A stretch of 62,522 nt of DNA, filler included, from Sphacelaria rigidula (GCA_964200075.2; 6 parts of 6 records of this genome joined end to end with filler, not necessarily neighbours in it); one strand, 5' to 3'. Shown: positions 36,774 to 49,839, numbered from the whole stretch's first letter. Numbers and translations: made by a program. The notes: generated by a model from the letters alone, not told the origin.

Positions 36774-36959
36774 CTGGATATCGTAGGAGACGTTGGAGAA
36801 CTGGGAAATGGTGGCAGTCGCGGAGTCGTCGACGAACAGGGCAAGGTCTCCTTCGCCGTGCAGGGGCATTCCTGCCTCGAGGTGGACGCGGCCGAAACCC
36901 CTTGAGAAGTCCGGCTGGGTGTCTCCGCCCATGAGGTGTGCACTGTTTATCATCATGGC
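36774..36959 (-). CDS. Subtilisin-like S8 peptidase, penultimate exon
   Basis: AMMINSA...PDFSRGFGRVHL (end of S8 domain); pyrimidine tract + AAG acceptor; CAG|GTGAAG donor; 62 codons, phase 0. Confidence 0.88.
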
Positions 36960-37229
36960 CTTGATGAGCAATACAAAAGAGGGAAAGCGAGCCAAAAATG
37001 GTTTGAACTTTGTACACAGCACGTCGTGTGCCGACATGCGGAGCATGACTGGTCGCCGGCGTAGAGACGTCCTGCTGACAGCAACCATGATGGCCATGAC
37101 GACTTTCGTCAACTGCTACTGAATGCTTCGTGAATAAAAGAAGTAATCCTTTGTAGTAATCATTGGAAGACGAATGACAAACCATGCCAACAGCAGATCG
37201 TATTTACATTGTGCAGCTGCTCGCCGGGG

Positions 37230-39700
37230 AGCTACCCCGTGGACCAAGATACTCACCCACGCGCAAATATCTTTCCTTGTAAAAGCTACAACCTAAACCG
37301 CGTACAACAGGCAACCACGCGGGATTCTTCGTCATCTGCTTCGAAATAGTGTAAAACATTGGAAATATGGCTGTCGTGGCTTCGGAGCTCATAACCCATT
37401 GGAAATTTGGCTGCCGTGGCTTGTGTGCAAAAGACATAGTGTTCAACTGTCACCGTGACAGGAACAATGGGTTTAACTCGTGAACCCAGCTCTGACAAAA
37501 GAGCTCGCAGAGGCTGGTTATACTTGTTTCGTGCCATAAAAGAAGATCATTGAAAGTTAACGCTTCATTTGGCCGAACTCAAATCAAACACAATCAACAT
37601 CTACTCTACAGAAAACTGATGACAAGCTGGTAGGCTTACTTGAGGTGGGTGACTTTGGAGAATAGTCGCGTAGGGCTATGTCAACATCTTGAAAACACTC
37701 TTGGGTACTATAACATCGTTTATCCAAACTGTTGATACCTTAGACTATTCATACCAAACCCTTGACTATTCTGACTGATCATTATTATCCGACGAATGTT
37801 CCACCTCTTCGGTAAGTACAGTTCAATTATCTTCGTTACTAATGCTAAACAGTATCTCGTTCAACCGCTAATCTCGATGTATTCGGAAAAGTTATTAGTT
37901 AAATTCCAACATGGACTTCACCTTGACTGTAGCTGCAGAAGGAGCAAAAGAACGGCAGGGAAAGTGAGCAGCACCGCAAACCCCCCTGGTACTGATATCG
38001 AAAGCGTAGAATGACGCATCTGTGAAGTACTGGCGGACCTGCAATCACGCGCCATAGAAAGTACAGGAGGCCAGGGTTTACAACAGCACGGGGTTGGGTG
38101 TGTAGTAGGTTACTTGGTAGTAGTTGAAGTATTGTAGTAGCAGCTGCAGCGGCGGCAGAGGGAATGGCAGCGGCAGGGGCAGCAACAGCAGCGAAGGCAT
38201 TTTTTGTACTTGAGTCTGCCTAAATAATTGAACATGAACAACCGGCGTAGATTCAGTGCCAGGACATGGTGATTTTGTACTTGTGAAAGTTGGCCGTCTC
38301 ACTAAATTAATGGTACATCTTCAGGATTTGTGTCTCAGCTTCTACTACGAGTACAAGCTCAAGTTTGACTAATAGTTCGTGTCAGCGGCAGCAGCAGTAT
38401 GGTAGTAGCGGTGCTAGTGCTATGATAGCAGCACCGGTGGTACTGAGAAGTGGTTGCATGGTAGCAGTCGTGGTAGTGATGACTCACATTCATCGGCTGT
38501 CTACCAAAGCGGGCAGTGATACGGCACTTGCGACGAACAGTACTACTGCAGGCACGTGCCCACGGAGCAGAGCTGGAACTGCGTGCAAAGCTCTCTCAGT
38601 ATAGACACAATTTGTCGAAGCCGATAAAGCACGAACCTGACAACCCCGCCAGTGGCTGAAAGTGTTTCCTCTTCGGATCAAAGCATTTCTAAATGATGAG
38701 AAAACGGGGCAGACTTATCATCATTGCGCGTGACATCAAAACTCAGGTATAGGCGATTCCTTGAATGAAGGTGCCGGGTGAATTCAATACTGTAATGGCA
38801 AAACGCAAAATCATCGTGTCCATCTCGGCGATATTGAACTGAACACCAGGACAGCCAACATATGAGCCGCCTACCTCCGAGTCGACAATCGTTTTCGGTG
38901 CCGAGACATGAGCAGTCTCAAAGTGGCACCTGCATTGCCGTATGAATATTTCGAAACGCGAGGTATAACGTATTTCTCAGGAACATTTATGAAGCCCACA
39001 ATCGATCTCTTCGTACAAAACATCAATACCTATCTTCGTAATATCCATTACCGCACATTTGATCTCCTCATCATGAAAGACCAACATGCCTATAACGCTA
39101 CATACAAACCCTTGAAATGCTTTAGAAATGCTGCGGTGATGACCCCTACTTTGCACAACACGGTATGCCATCAAAGGCTAGGGGACGACCACGAAGTGTC
39201 TCCCTTTTATAGTTGGTTGATTCGATTGATTGAGGCACGTAGTATTTGGCTTGCTATCAAGCGGCATTTTCCGGCATCATGCTCGGTCCATACTCGCGGT
39301 GTATATTGCTATTTCGCTCGGTGCAAGCATCAGCTACTGTAACAATTGCGGGCGTATTTAAAGGCATTCTTAATGGTTTATCGTCTTGAACGGCTGATTC
39401 CCGAATTGGTAAGCGGCTTGATATCCAGCGCCCTTTTCTGGGTTGATGTCCATGTGTCTGCACTTAGATTCGCATCAGGAAGGAAGAGCCGTTAGCGACT
39501 AATTCGAACATGATTGCAGTAGTTCAGTATGTGGTAAATGATACAAATTACTCTCCAACTGCAGTCGGAGTCCACTTCCTGTCTGCTTCATCTTCCATTC
39601 TAGTCAGACTCCACCTGACTCTCTCTCATTGGTGCTTACTCTAATAAAGGTATGTGCCACCCTAGTCCTGCGTGAGCAATACGCCATTTTTTTGTTTTTG
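37230..39700 (-). mobile_element. Ancient Ty1/Copia pol relic
   Basis: Faint motifs in Copia order on the minus strand: ANL..HGH..K.LDI (~39470-39420, pre-integrase), GVITAAF and EKYVIPR (~39150-38960, integrase), VIVPKS (~37710); no intact ORF. Confidence 0.4.
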
Positions 39701-40078
39701 TGCCCCTTGATATGTTTGTAAGCTGCTTCCAGCTCATCAGTTGGAGCTGTATGAGTATCTGATCAGTTGTGTTGGTTTACCAAGGTCTATACATTCCGAT
39801 GATCTATGTTTCTATGGTCGGTGCTGTGTGAGGTAATGGAACGTTATCACTGAGGCAGATGTTTTGGACACATACTTGCGGTCGACATGTACGGTCGCAG
39901 GCCCGGAGTAGCGTTCGTTCCGACATACCTTCTGTCCGAGATTATCCAAATGAAGGATCGCCGGACACCTCCTCGCATGTTTGGTCGCTATACATCTCGG
40001 TACAGTGCAACAATTGCAGTACTAGCTTTGCATCACACGAGTGTATATGAAGATGCCGACCTCTGCAGGGCGTTGTGC

Positions 40079-40181
40079 ATGTGGGAGTGGGGGGGAAAAA
40101 GAGACTCATTTGTTGCTTGCCTTGGTCGTTTGACCAAGGACCATGCATCCCTTTCGAGACGGAGTACCTGTGGGAATGGGG
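40079..40181 (-). mobile_element. Minimal LINE L-A 3'-end insertion with TSD
   Basis: Same ~70-nt core; flanked by TGTGGGAGTGGGG / TGTGGGAATGGGG. Confidence 0.8.
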
Positions 40182-40984
40182 TAGAGATTGTTTGAGGCAC
40201 AACTAACTGCAGGCGCGCAGTGCTATTCTGGTTGTACGTAGACGTTATGCTAGCAGCCTGTCCCGCGTGCTCTACGCCACAATGATGACTAATGACGACA
40301 CACAAAGGCCTCCAGGGTAGCATACAAATAGAGACAATTTCACCGTCTCTCTCTTGGTTTGGCACCGCCGCTAATCCCAATCGCCGTTGGAACGACATCG
40401 TCTCTCCCTCTTCTGTTCGCAAGCTTTCAATGAAGAAAAAACACCTCTTCAACGGAGGTCTTGGTCGACCCAGAGTTGCTTGCCTGAACTTGATCGGCGG
40501 CCATATGGGAAGTTTCGATTCCGAACCCGTTCCAAAAACGAGGATTCTTTCCTGATCTCACGAACGCGTTGTTTATAATCGTTAACTGGACATTTTTTTT
40601 CCCAACATAGTGTACGTGTAGCACTACAGCAGTGCGTCGCGACCTGAACCAAATAGGCTGCGTGCGTTTTTCCAGGGGGCGGCACACCATCAGTGTACGT
40701 CTTATACAGTAGCATTTATCCGTTGCTTGAACGAAGTAGGGTGTGTGGTTTCCCCGCCGCAGTACCATGTCCATCGTACTACAGCCCAAACACCAGTGGG
40801 CTCTTGCACATCCACTTTTGTGTGAGACTAGGGGGGAGGAGAGCGGTACCAACGTCGAAGCTCTGTCCGCGCATCGATGGCACAGACAACGCACGGTTCA
40901 GGAAAATTGGAAGCAGCCTCCACGATCCACTGTCGCTCCACCACAAAACGCCGCCGACAGTATCCAGGGCGACTGAAGCTGAAT

Positions 40985-41560
40985 TTCACCTTGACCATGA
41001 CTGGGTCTTCACCCCAACCTTGAATGGCTCTTGCTGCCTAGACGCGAGGGAACAAATATCTCGTCGACGCTCTGCTTTTTACATCGGAGATTTTGATCCA
41101 CAATGTCGTGAAATAAATGGACAAACTTTGGGAAGAGGGGTTAGGTGAGGGGCGTGGCGGGCTTTATAGGCAAAGTACAGCGGCAGCACGAAGTGAGTCG
41201 GGAAGGCATGCCCCGAAAGCTGCAAAAAAGCAAGATTCAGTCCGGAGATGATCTCGACGACTGCCTCGACGTGGGTAGCTACCGCGACCGTCTGCAGGAA
41301 AGAAACCAGGCGGAGCTTGATGAACGATACGAGGGCATTATCCTCCGCGCACTTCCTGCCAAGTGCCATAGGTTTTGTACTGCCAGCTGTGAAAGGTCAC
41401 AGTTGACGCATAAGCACATCGTACATATCGTAAACACACTTCGGGGCGCAGATACTGGTATCACCCACCATACAGGCGACCAGGCGAGAGGACAATGGCG
41501 CAGCATGCCTCACTCCTGCCAGAACTCGGGTCACCCTGGGGAAGACGTAGCCGCCGGGAA
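40985..41560 (+). pseudogene. Ty1/Copia gag remnant
   Basis: KLQKSKIQSGDDLDD...RDRLQE...DERYEGIILRALPAK resembles the UBN2/Retrotran_gag_2-type Copia gag helices; in-frame stop at ~41142. Confidence 0.65.
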
Positions 41561-41569
41561 GGCGGCTCA

Positions 41570-41653
41570 GGGGGGGTGTACTCATGATCATGCCTGCCAT
41601 AGCCATCAGACCATTGACCTCGCATCACTACAAAGCCGGGACGGAGCACGCCG
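41570..41653 (-). mobile_element. 3' end of sister LINE family L-B
   Basis: Minus strand GTGCTCCGTCCCGGCTTTGTAGTGATGCG...CATGAGTACACCCCCCC; matches 60011-60144 and 62430-62522. Confidence 0.75.
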
Positions 41654-41753
41654 NNNNNNNNNNNNNNNNNNNNNNNNNNNNNNNNNNNNNNNNNNNNTTA
41701 ATTAATTAANNNNNNNNNNNNNNNNNNNNNNNNNNNNNNNNNNNNNNNNNNNN
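41654..41753. other. Artificial scaffold-joining spacer 4
   Basis: N44-TTAATTAATTAA-N44. Confidence 0.98.
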
Positions 41754-42717
41754 CCAATCCCAAACACCCCACCCCCCCCTCCCCCCCCCCGTCGCCCTCG
41801 TTCAGAAGATTCTTGTTCTTAACCCCCCCCCCCCCCCACTCCCCTGGTGCGCGTGTCGAAAGCCACCTCAAGAGGAAACACCGATTTCACGGCACACACG
41901 AAACCAAGCCCGAAATAGGCCATCAGAAAAACCATTCCCTACTCCCCCCCCTTCCAAAGAAAAAAGTTCGTGATTAACACAGACGGGAGTGTCTAGCGGA
42001 GCGGGAGAAGGGGTGAGTGAGTAAGTAGACAACAGTGTTGCGTTGGGGGGTGGTAGGGTTACTAGTGTACATGCAACTGCAGATGGACGTAGAGAACAAG
42101 AGTTGAGGAGACCAAAAAACTGGCGGACGGGGACAAGGACGGGGACTGGGAGAAGAAGGAAGAAATCCATCCCTCACACCACCGACCCTCACCTTGCCCT
42201 GGAGGAACATTCTGGCGACGGGGGTCGGGGCCCCGATCACACTCCACATTCCGCGCTCTCGCATCTAGACACACACCCTACCCATGTGGGGGTAACCAAA
42301 TATTTCCCTCAACACAACACGACAAGCACAGTAGCCCCCCCCCTCCCCCCCCCCCCCTTACATTGGGTTGGGCTACAACGAATATTGGGGGGGGGCAGGG
42401 GGGGGGGGGGGGGGGGGAGCAGGAGAGAGGGGACAGAAATCACTGGTTACCCCTATGGTCCAGCACGCCCGCCCACTGCCTGCGTGGATCGTGTGCTGCC
42501 CATCATGATGCCCCGACATGTGTGAGCTAGGTATGTGTGCGGGTGAGTACCCGACAGTGCTGTCTGCATCGCAAGCCTAACGCGTGCATGACATCAGGTG
42601 GGCACCACAACACCGAACCGAGATAATACTCGCCGCACCAAAAACAAAACACAAAACAAAAAAAAATACAAAATCAATGACGGCAAAAAAAATCACCGCA
42701 GAATAAAAGATACCCCA

Positions 42718-42719
42718 AA

Positions 42720-42751
<32 letters not shown>

Positions 42752-42783
42752 CCATCACTATCATCCGTCATTGTCACCATCAC
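42718..42783. repeat. (CAT)n microsatellite
   Basis: Directly visible. Confidence 0.9.
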
Positions 42784-42913
42784 CCATCAATAAAATATAA
42801 CTAAATTAGAACCAAAAACCGGATCTCAAAAATCAATACTACTCGTATCGACATCATTATCACATCAGTGTCGATACATCGGTATTCAAAATCGACTGTC
42901 AGATCGAATCAAA

Positions 42914-43161
42914 TCAAAGGGGCGTCAAGCCGCTGATGAGACGATGTACGCTGTCCATGCGGTCTCGGAGGTTACGAATGTCAACGTCTCTAGTGTCTAC
43001 GACGGTCCTGAGCCTGGTCAAATCCTGGTCCTTCTTCTTGAGGGCCTTGCGGAGGTACTTAATCGCCACCCCTTTCCGGACGAACAAATCTTCCTCGGCG
43101 TCTATCTGGAGAGCCACCTCTGCCAGGTCATTTCTCAACACGAGCAGGTTCGCAGGCGTAG
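42914..43161 (-). CDS. Terminal coiled-coil exon, probably of the minus-strand ankyrin gene
   Basis: T-run-CATGCAG acceptor; LRKALKKKDQDLTRLRTVVDTRDVDIRNLRDRM; TGA; phase 1 fits the exon ending at 48370. Confidence 0.7.
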
Positions 43162-43371
43162 CTGCATGAAAAAAAAGTTAAAATAAAAAACAAAGGGAGC
43201 AACGCTCAGCGACAGGGAGCAACAACGTTCCGGGGTAGCGTAATCACATATTGCTTGCCCCAAGTCATTTGATCATTCACCACGCATCACTTTCGAGACA
43301 GAGCACCGTTACTACTCCTAATATTGACAACTGCATCATTTGGGCGGTCATTATATTTTCCCCACATATTA

Positions 43372-44511
43372 CGAGCTGGGCCAGCCAAAAAACGGATATA
43401 AGCTATAAAAGCAATACCTCGTCGATACGGACGAGTTGGGGCATGATCCGCATGTATTGGGGGGAGGTGCTCATCTGCTTAAAAGTTTGGGTCCATATTT
43501 CATCGTTGATTTAACCCCATGTCTAGTAATCCTATACCTCACGGAGATAGCGTCCATACTCAAATCTCTATACAACCCCCGATCGATGCATTCAGCGGAG
43601 GACGAAGAATTTTGGTGTGGACATGCCCTGGAGCACGGGGAGACGATAGATACCCTCACCTTCACCTAATTTGTTATCTATCTCAAGAGATGGCGCACAT
43701 AAGTTTCGGTGCTGAACTCAGTATATTACGAGTAGAGGCACTAGATCAACTATATATGGATATCGCGTCTCAGTTTTTGGGAGTTATGCTATGAAATGTC
43801 TTATGGAGAACCGCTAGCGCGTGATGAAGCTAAACGAAACAGCTTTTATATTTTTTCGTTAAAAAAAAAAAAAGCTGCTCCGACAGTTTTGAGGAGAAAT
43901 TAATGCTGCTCTTGGGCCTTATCTCAATCTTTATCTCAATTTTCAAATTGTAATTTGAAACTCAAGATAAAGAACCACAGAGGTATGCTGAGTAGAGAAA
44001 AAAAATGGGCTCTCATTTTTTTTGGGATAGGTTCGGGCGTTCTCGTAAAAAAATGGTCGTTTCCATAATAAAAAGCCATAAACCAGTGAAAAATATATAT
44101 ATATGTATATATATTCCTGACCCACTTTGTTTCGTCGAATATGCCCTAGCCATGGCCCACACAAAGTTTCAATACACAAACACAAAACGTGAGTCGGTAA
44201 ATGACCTGCAAAATAATGTTCCGAATTTCTTCTGACCCGGTCACGAAACGTCGCATTCACCGGCCAATATTTAGAGTTGGACCCTGAAATTTGGTGTGGA
44301 CGATGAATAGGGCATGATAAAAACAAATACCAGTGCACACGAGGGTTTTTATTTTTTTCATGAGTTAAGGGCATTAAGCAGTTAAAAAATCTTGTGTGCA
44401 CTGGTAGTTGTTTTGATCAATGTCCATATCAAATTTCAGGGTCCAAATCTAAATATTGGCCGGTGAATGCGCCTGCAAACTACATATTCGCTTCTCGGCT
44501 GGCCCAGCTCG
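43372..44511. mobile_element. Non-autonomous TA-flanked TIR element (Tc1/mariner-like), same TIR as 19467-20564
   Basis: TA|CGAGCTGGGCCAGCC ... GGCTGGCCCAGCTCG|TG (15-bp perfect TIR); cleanly interrupts a LINE. Confidence 0.85.
44252..44471. repeat. Long internal inverted repeat
   Basis: CGCATTCACCGGCCAATATTTAGAGTTGGACCCTGAAATTTG is mirrored with one mismatch; inner arm ACCAGTGCACAC / GTGTGCACTGGT. Confidence 0.9.
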
Positions 44512-45694
44512 TGCACAAAAACCTTTTCAGGTGCCTTACCCCCTTCCTATTTCGCCGTCTGTGGCCACCATCTATCTCATAGTATAGCGATTGCTTTCTC
44601 GCTTCTGTTCAATATATCAAGCAAATTCGCGCCACATTCGTTCACCTCCCACATTTGTCCCTCCAGCACATTTATCGCAAAAGCGACTCCGTTTCATGAT
44701 TTCATGACCCTCCTTCCTTTCCCAAGATACCGTCTACTGGGAAGCCGATTCAGTTCATTTCACGACCCTCTTACCCACCCAACGCCTTCATCCTGATATG
44801 GAGAAGAACCCAGCACACGCAGTGCCTCATGAAAACAAATCACCGGCAATGGTTGCGATCGGCCCACTTTCGCCGCGACCCGGCGGTGTAATGGTCCGAA
44901 TGTCGCCATTAGGGCGGAGAAAACGAGGTTTTGATGCCCGATGCGTTGGGTTTTTTCTTCGTAATATCCAATTTCCACCGGGGGAAGCGTAAAAACGTGA
45001 GTAAACAAAGTAGTCGACTGAGTTTGTCTGAGGTGAGTTGACACGGTGCGGGAGTGCGTGTACCAGGTAAAGCTTGGTTGACCTCTTGAGACCACGGACT
45101 TGTCTCGAGGATGGGGAGGGGTTCAAAGTGCGACAAGTAAAATGAATGAATAAATAAATATGTGGTACATTCTTGTCTATTGCAACTATCAACCATATTT
45201 TGCCATTGTCATCGTCAAAAGGTGTGAAACAAACGAAGGGAAGGAATAATGATTCGTGTGAAAGTACTTGCGTTACTTTCCGAAATTTATGATTTTGTAC
45301 CGTACGAATCAATCCTGGGGCTTTACTTCCAGCGTGTTGCACCCCAGCTACCTGCATGCAATGCCCGTGGATTAGGGCAAAAATTGCGTAGACACGTTCT
45401 CAACCCGCGGTCAACTCCTTTTCTTTCTTCCTCAATCCATCAAATAGGCCTCAGGAATCGTGAACTTGTGATTCGAACCAGCAAATGATTCGTTCGATCC
45501 TTGAAGACAACTGCCCAAGCGTAGCGCACAAACGAAGCACCCGGAGAACTGCAAAACGTAACTACACTCGGAAATACACTTTTTCTTTTTTTCTTCTTGC
45601 TCTGTGCTACCCTTTCTGTTTTTGTTTTTTTAATGTTCAACGAACGTTTCAGTTTCTCTCCTTTCTTGTCTCAGTTACGTCTGTCATGTGGATG

Positions 45695-45775
45695 ATGACC
45701 ACGGTTGGATCATGACTACCTGGGGGGGGGGGGTCAGTTAAAGTACGACAGCCAAATCGATCAATCGATTGACTG
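45695..45775 (+). mobile_element. Retroposon 3' end with (CAAT)n-like tail; copies at 52343-52405 and 53733-53797
   Basis: Shared CATG...ACGG..GGA...GGGGGGTC(A/T)GTT.AAGT.CG.CA + CAATC repeats, each after a T-rich stretch. Confidence 0.6.
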
Positions 45776-46539
45776 ATCGTACATACCTTGGAACGCTTTC
45801 TTTTCCAATAGACGCTTCATCTCCTGCCGTCCACCCGCGATGTGCTTCTCGCATGGAACAAGTCCCTTCGCATCCGTTGCGAGTGGGTTTCCGCCTTTTT
45901 CGGTGGTGGGGATATGAGAGAAGAGAACCAAATAGAAACGGTACTCGTAAAATAAGACAAACAAACAAGAAATGGAAAACACTACAGACAACATATATAT
46001 ACATCAAACCAGAACCAGATGATCGAGAACCGTCGGAATGGAGCATAAAGTTGAAAACAAAAAAAGACAAAAACACAAGGAAACAACTGAAACTAGAACT
46101 ACAACCAGAACCAAAATAAAGAGCAACACACAGCGACCGACGGACCAACCACGCAAACGACACGCACAGCAGAATCGAAGCCGCGTTTATTACACATACG
46201 ACTAGAAAGAAATGTCACTATCGAGTTTTGAGCACTCGCATAGAACTACAGCATACACAGGTGTGGTCTTACCAGCCGGGCTCCTTTTACCAACGATTAC
46301 AACCACAAAGAGACCCAACCCCTTGGGAGGAGACCCAACCTCTCGGGAGGAGACCCAACCTCTCGGGCACCGAGCCCCCCGTGCTCTGTCAGACGGTCTT
46401 CAGATCAACCAATGCAGAAAATCACCACGTTGGTTATAAACAATGAACGCGGTTAACCCTTCGACCGCGAGGGTAGGTCACCTGCTGAATCGGCATTGAT
46501 TTCACTTGAAAAAAGTGCATGATCCAGATGGACGGAGGT

Positions 46540-46852
46540 TAGTTCACCACTTGGGAGGGTGCGAAATTTCTCGGAAATTTAAAATTTCAAGCAAACGATA
46601 ACCCTAACCCTAACCCCAACGAGGGCACATCAAGAATCCTCGGGCAGGGGGATGCAGAGTGTTCGCTATGCAAAGTGTGCGTTGCCAGACCTCACATCGG
46701 CGCCCCAGGAGCCAATTTCGACAAAAACGCGTTTTGCGCACGCTAGGAACACGCTCGGAGCACAGCCCCGATGAAGATCCGGATTTCGATGTCCACACTA
46801 AAATCGAGTCGAATTAAAAATCAACCATAGTACCCTGCCAAGTGGTGAACTA
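46540..46852. mobile_element. MITE family C with internal CCCTAA repeats; partial copy at 20879-21087
   Basis: TAGTTCACCACTTGG / CCAAGTGGTGAACTA TIRs; AGATCCGGATTTCG...CCAAGTGGTGAA shared with piece 3. Confidence 0.75.
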
Positions 46853-47670
46853 TACTGGAAAATGAATGGGAGCCTGTGTACAGGGGTTCTATGACCCACT
46901 TGAAGGGGTCTGGTATTCATTCGTATCGCACCTCTGTATCGGTATCGAGATTGCCTGAGGTTGGGTGACATCTCCATACCATATCCAATCTCGCGTCCCG
47001 CGATGTATCCTTCAGAAATGTCGCGGCGTGCGAGATACTATCACGCATGTACAGTTTGATGTGTGAAACCAGGTTGGTTCTAGATTCTACACGTTTTGTG
47101 TGTGTTTGGAGGCGAATATCCCGATATCTTATCCGAATGTTTCATGCGATACCATGTATCGGATATCGTTCCAACATTGCGAACTTTTGAAATTTCGGCA
47201 GATACCGGATATATCCTTTTCGCGTCCATTTTGTTCTTGATGCGCTGCGCATCACTAGGATCTGACACCAACTGTGTCAGCCCATTCACCAACCAGGATG
47301 GGCGGTCTGCGTCTTCGTCACGTTCCAAAGTGAAAAACGAAGCCGATTCAACAGGTGGCCCACCCTGGCGAGTGAAAGGGTTACACTACAACACGGAGGC
47401 TCCGAGCGTAGCATAAATACGTGGTTCATAGGTCGGCACTCAGAGGTAATACAGACTTCTCAAGTAAGCACACCAAGAGCGGAGCACATCAGATCGGGGA
47501 CCGGAATGAGGGTGAAAAACAAGTATTTTTTCCAACGTTGTGTTCTGTATCACATACCCACGAGGGGGGGGGGGGGGGGGGGGTTGGCGCATGAAAAAAT
47601 ACCGGAATGGGAATGGAACCTCCCGGCATGCCTCAGTGGGTGGGGGGGCGGGTTCCCAANNNNNNNNNNT

Positions 47671-47712
47671 TAGTCATTTGACCATTGACCACGCATCCCT
47701 TCCGAGACGGAG
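47671..47712 (-). mobile_element. Minimal LINE L-A 3'-end insertion next to an N gap
   Basis: Same core; CATACCCACGA(G)n occurs on both sides (47553 and 47713). Confidence 0.7.
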
Positions 47713-48369
47713 CATACCCACGAGGGGGGGGGGGGGTTCGGTTGGCACATGAAGACATACCGGAATGCGTATCGAACATCCCGGTATGCTTCAGTGGGTG
47801 TCGAGCCGTGTTCCGAACACTGCGGTGTGGTCTGGAAGGGTGCTCTTCAAACGTCGGACAGATCATGATCTTTCTCAACACGACTGAATCAAATAAGAGT
47901 CTCGATTCCGTTGGTCCAAAAAGCCAAAGCGCAACCTTTGCGCTACTTGGCGTGCTCGGCGTCCGGCGCGGTAAGGAGCAAGCATGGAAAAGTAGGGTCA
48001 GATGATCCGGATCATGATCCAGATCAGTATACTGAGAAGAAGTATTTTTCAGACGGATCATGATCCGTCCCTCGTATGGAACTTTTCGACGAAAACGCCT
48101 CTTGCATACCTCCGTGAATACCCGGATTTTCGTCAGTACACCCTACGGAACACAACCTCGTACTACTTTTTTGTCGATGTTCAAGGTCCGGATGTGATAA
48201 ACTCAGTGGGGAGCAAGTCTGGCGATCATGTGCCCCGGCTATTGCAAAGTGCTGAGAAGCCAGCTGACAGAGATGTGGAACAGCCCTCAGCTCAAGTTGG
48301 CCATACATGGCAGGGCTACTGTACAGTGGTCGAAAGCCAGCTGGCACAGAGACACGGGAAAAATCTCAC

Positions 48370-48649
48370 CGTAATTCAACAACAGCGTAGCACAGACCGT
48401 GCTGCCCCCGGTACAGGCCGTGTGCAGCGGAGTTTCTCCTTCGTCGCACACCGCGTTCGGGTCGGCCCCGGCGTCCAGCAAAAGCTCAAGAGCATCCGCA
48501 TAGCCGTGGAAGGCTGCCAGGTGCACGGCGGACATGCCGCCGCGGCCTTGCCGGTCCAGTCGGAGTCGTCTGCACGCCAGAGGCACCGCGTTGGAATTGT
48601 TGGGGTGACCGCAGGCCTCTTGCCCCATTTGAATGAAGCTCGCCAACGC
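48370..48649 (-). CDS. Ankyrin-repeat protein exon (two repeats)
   Basis: GMSAVHLAAFHGYADALELLLDAGADPNAVCDEGETPLHTACTGG; AACAG acceptor; G|GTGAGA donor. Confidence 0.9.
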
Positions 48650-49839
48650 CTGTTCCATGATAATACAGACAGTTTCATCACAAATACCGGCCGAAAGTTA
48701 GAAAACAAACAAACCAACAAACAAGTAAACAACGACAACAACAACATCAACACATGAAAACGGCAAGATTTTTGTGCCGCCAATCGTTGAGCGTTTCGGT
48801 GACTGCGGCCTGCCGCTGCGGCCCCTGACAGTCTCGTGGAGGATTGCGATTTTGTAGACGACTTGATACCCTAGAGGTATAGCCGGGTGCTCAAGACGAT
48901 TTTGCGTGTCTTCTTCAACCAGCAGGATAGCAGGAACCTTCATGTGCTATCGCCATTGTTTTGAAAAATAAACTGACGGGAATCAAAGTCGCAGCAGGCC
49001 GGGGGGCGCTGCAAGGACTGACTTTTGGTACCAACAGTGTGGGGTCCTCCACCGCAGGAGCAGTCGTTCACAAAATCCAACATACGAAGTGACGCATATG
49101 CTACGTGGTGATGAAAAACCATCTGCTTCGCTGTGCTGTCTCATCTGTGGCTGTAATTCCGATTTCCCTTCGTGTGTTGAGATATATGAACAGATTGTGA
49201 TTTCTTCCCCACTGAAAACAACCACAAAAAAAGTGTTGCCATCCCACAGCAAATTTTATCGTCCATACTGGTACACATGTAGGGCAGATGTCGGGCTAGT
49301 TATTTCTTTCCCCACGCGTTCATTCGAGAACGTTCCTCGACCCAGAACGTGAATGAATAATGACCGAAAGATGCTTCGTCTACGGTGTGGAGGTCGACGA
49401 CGGACACGATTAGATCACTGCGGCGAAAAACAAGGTCTAGAGGCATATCTCGGGAGTCGAGAAACGGGCGGGAGAGTTCGATACATGGCAACGCTAAGAT
49501 CAACCCCGATCGGACCTTCGCCACTAGTGAGAGGACGCTGTATCGAAAGCTACCAGTCGGGGAGTCGCCACTGCTGACAAGAACACCAGTAACAGCTCGC
49601 GAGGGAGCGAGGATGGAAATGATCGATAAGAGTGTCCCTCCCGCTTTGTACACGACTAGGGATGAGTGGGGGAAGCTGCGTCAACACGCGAATTGATCTA
49701 CACGTATCTTTTCTTATCGATCGTTGACTTCTTCCTTGACCTATGGCATTGGGGTGTTCCTAGTTGTGCCCTCGTATATGCTCTACTGTGTCCTAGGGTG
49801 TCTTTGCTTAGTTTCTCCATCCTTTACACCCCCCCTCCA

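Larger units (their letters stand above)
43250..44790 (-). mobile_element. Old LINE L-A 3' fragment split by a TA-flanked element
   Basis: 43250-43371 and 44512-44790 join into sequence colinear with the reverse complement of ~50300-50640. Confidence 0.7.

Noticed and set aside
38908..39342. Plus-strand 144-aa ORF with HQRLG as a gene or plus-strand Copia
   Set aside because: More Copia-like motifs, in the right order, lie on the minus strand; the plus ORF is probably incidental.
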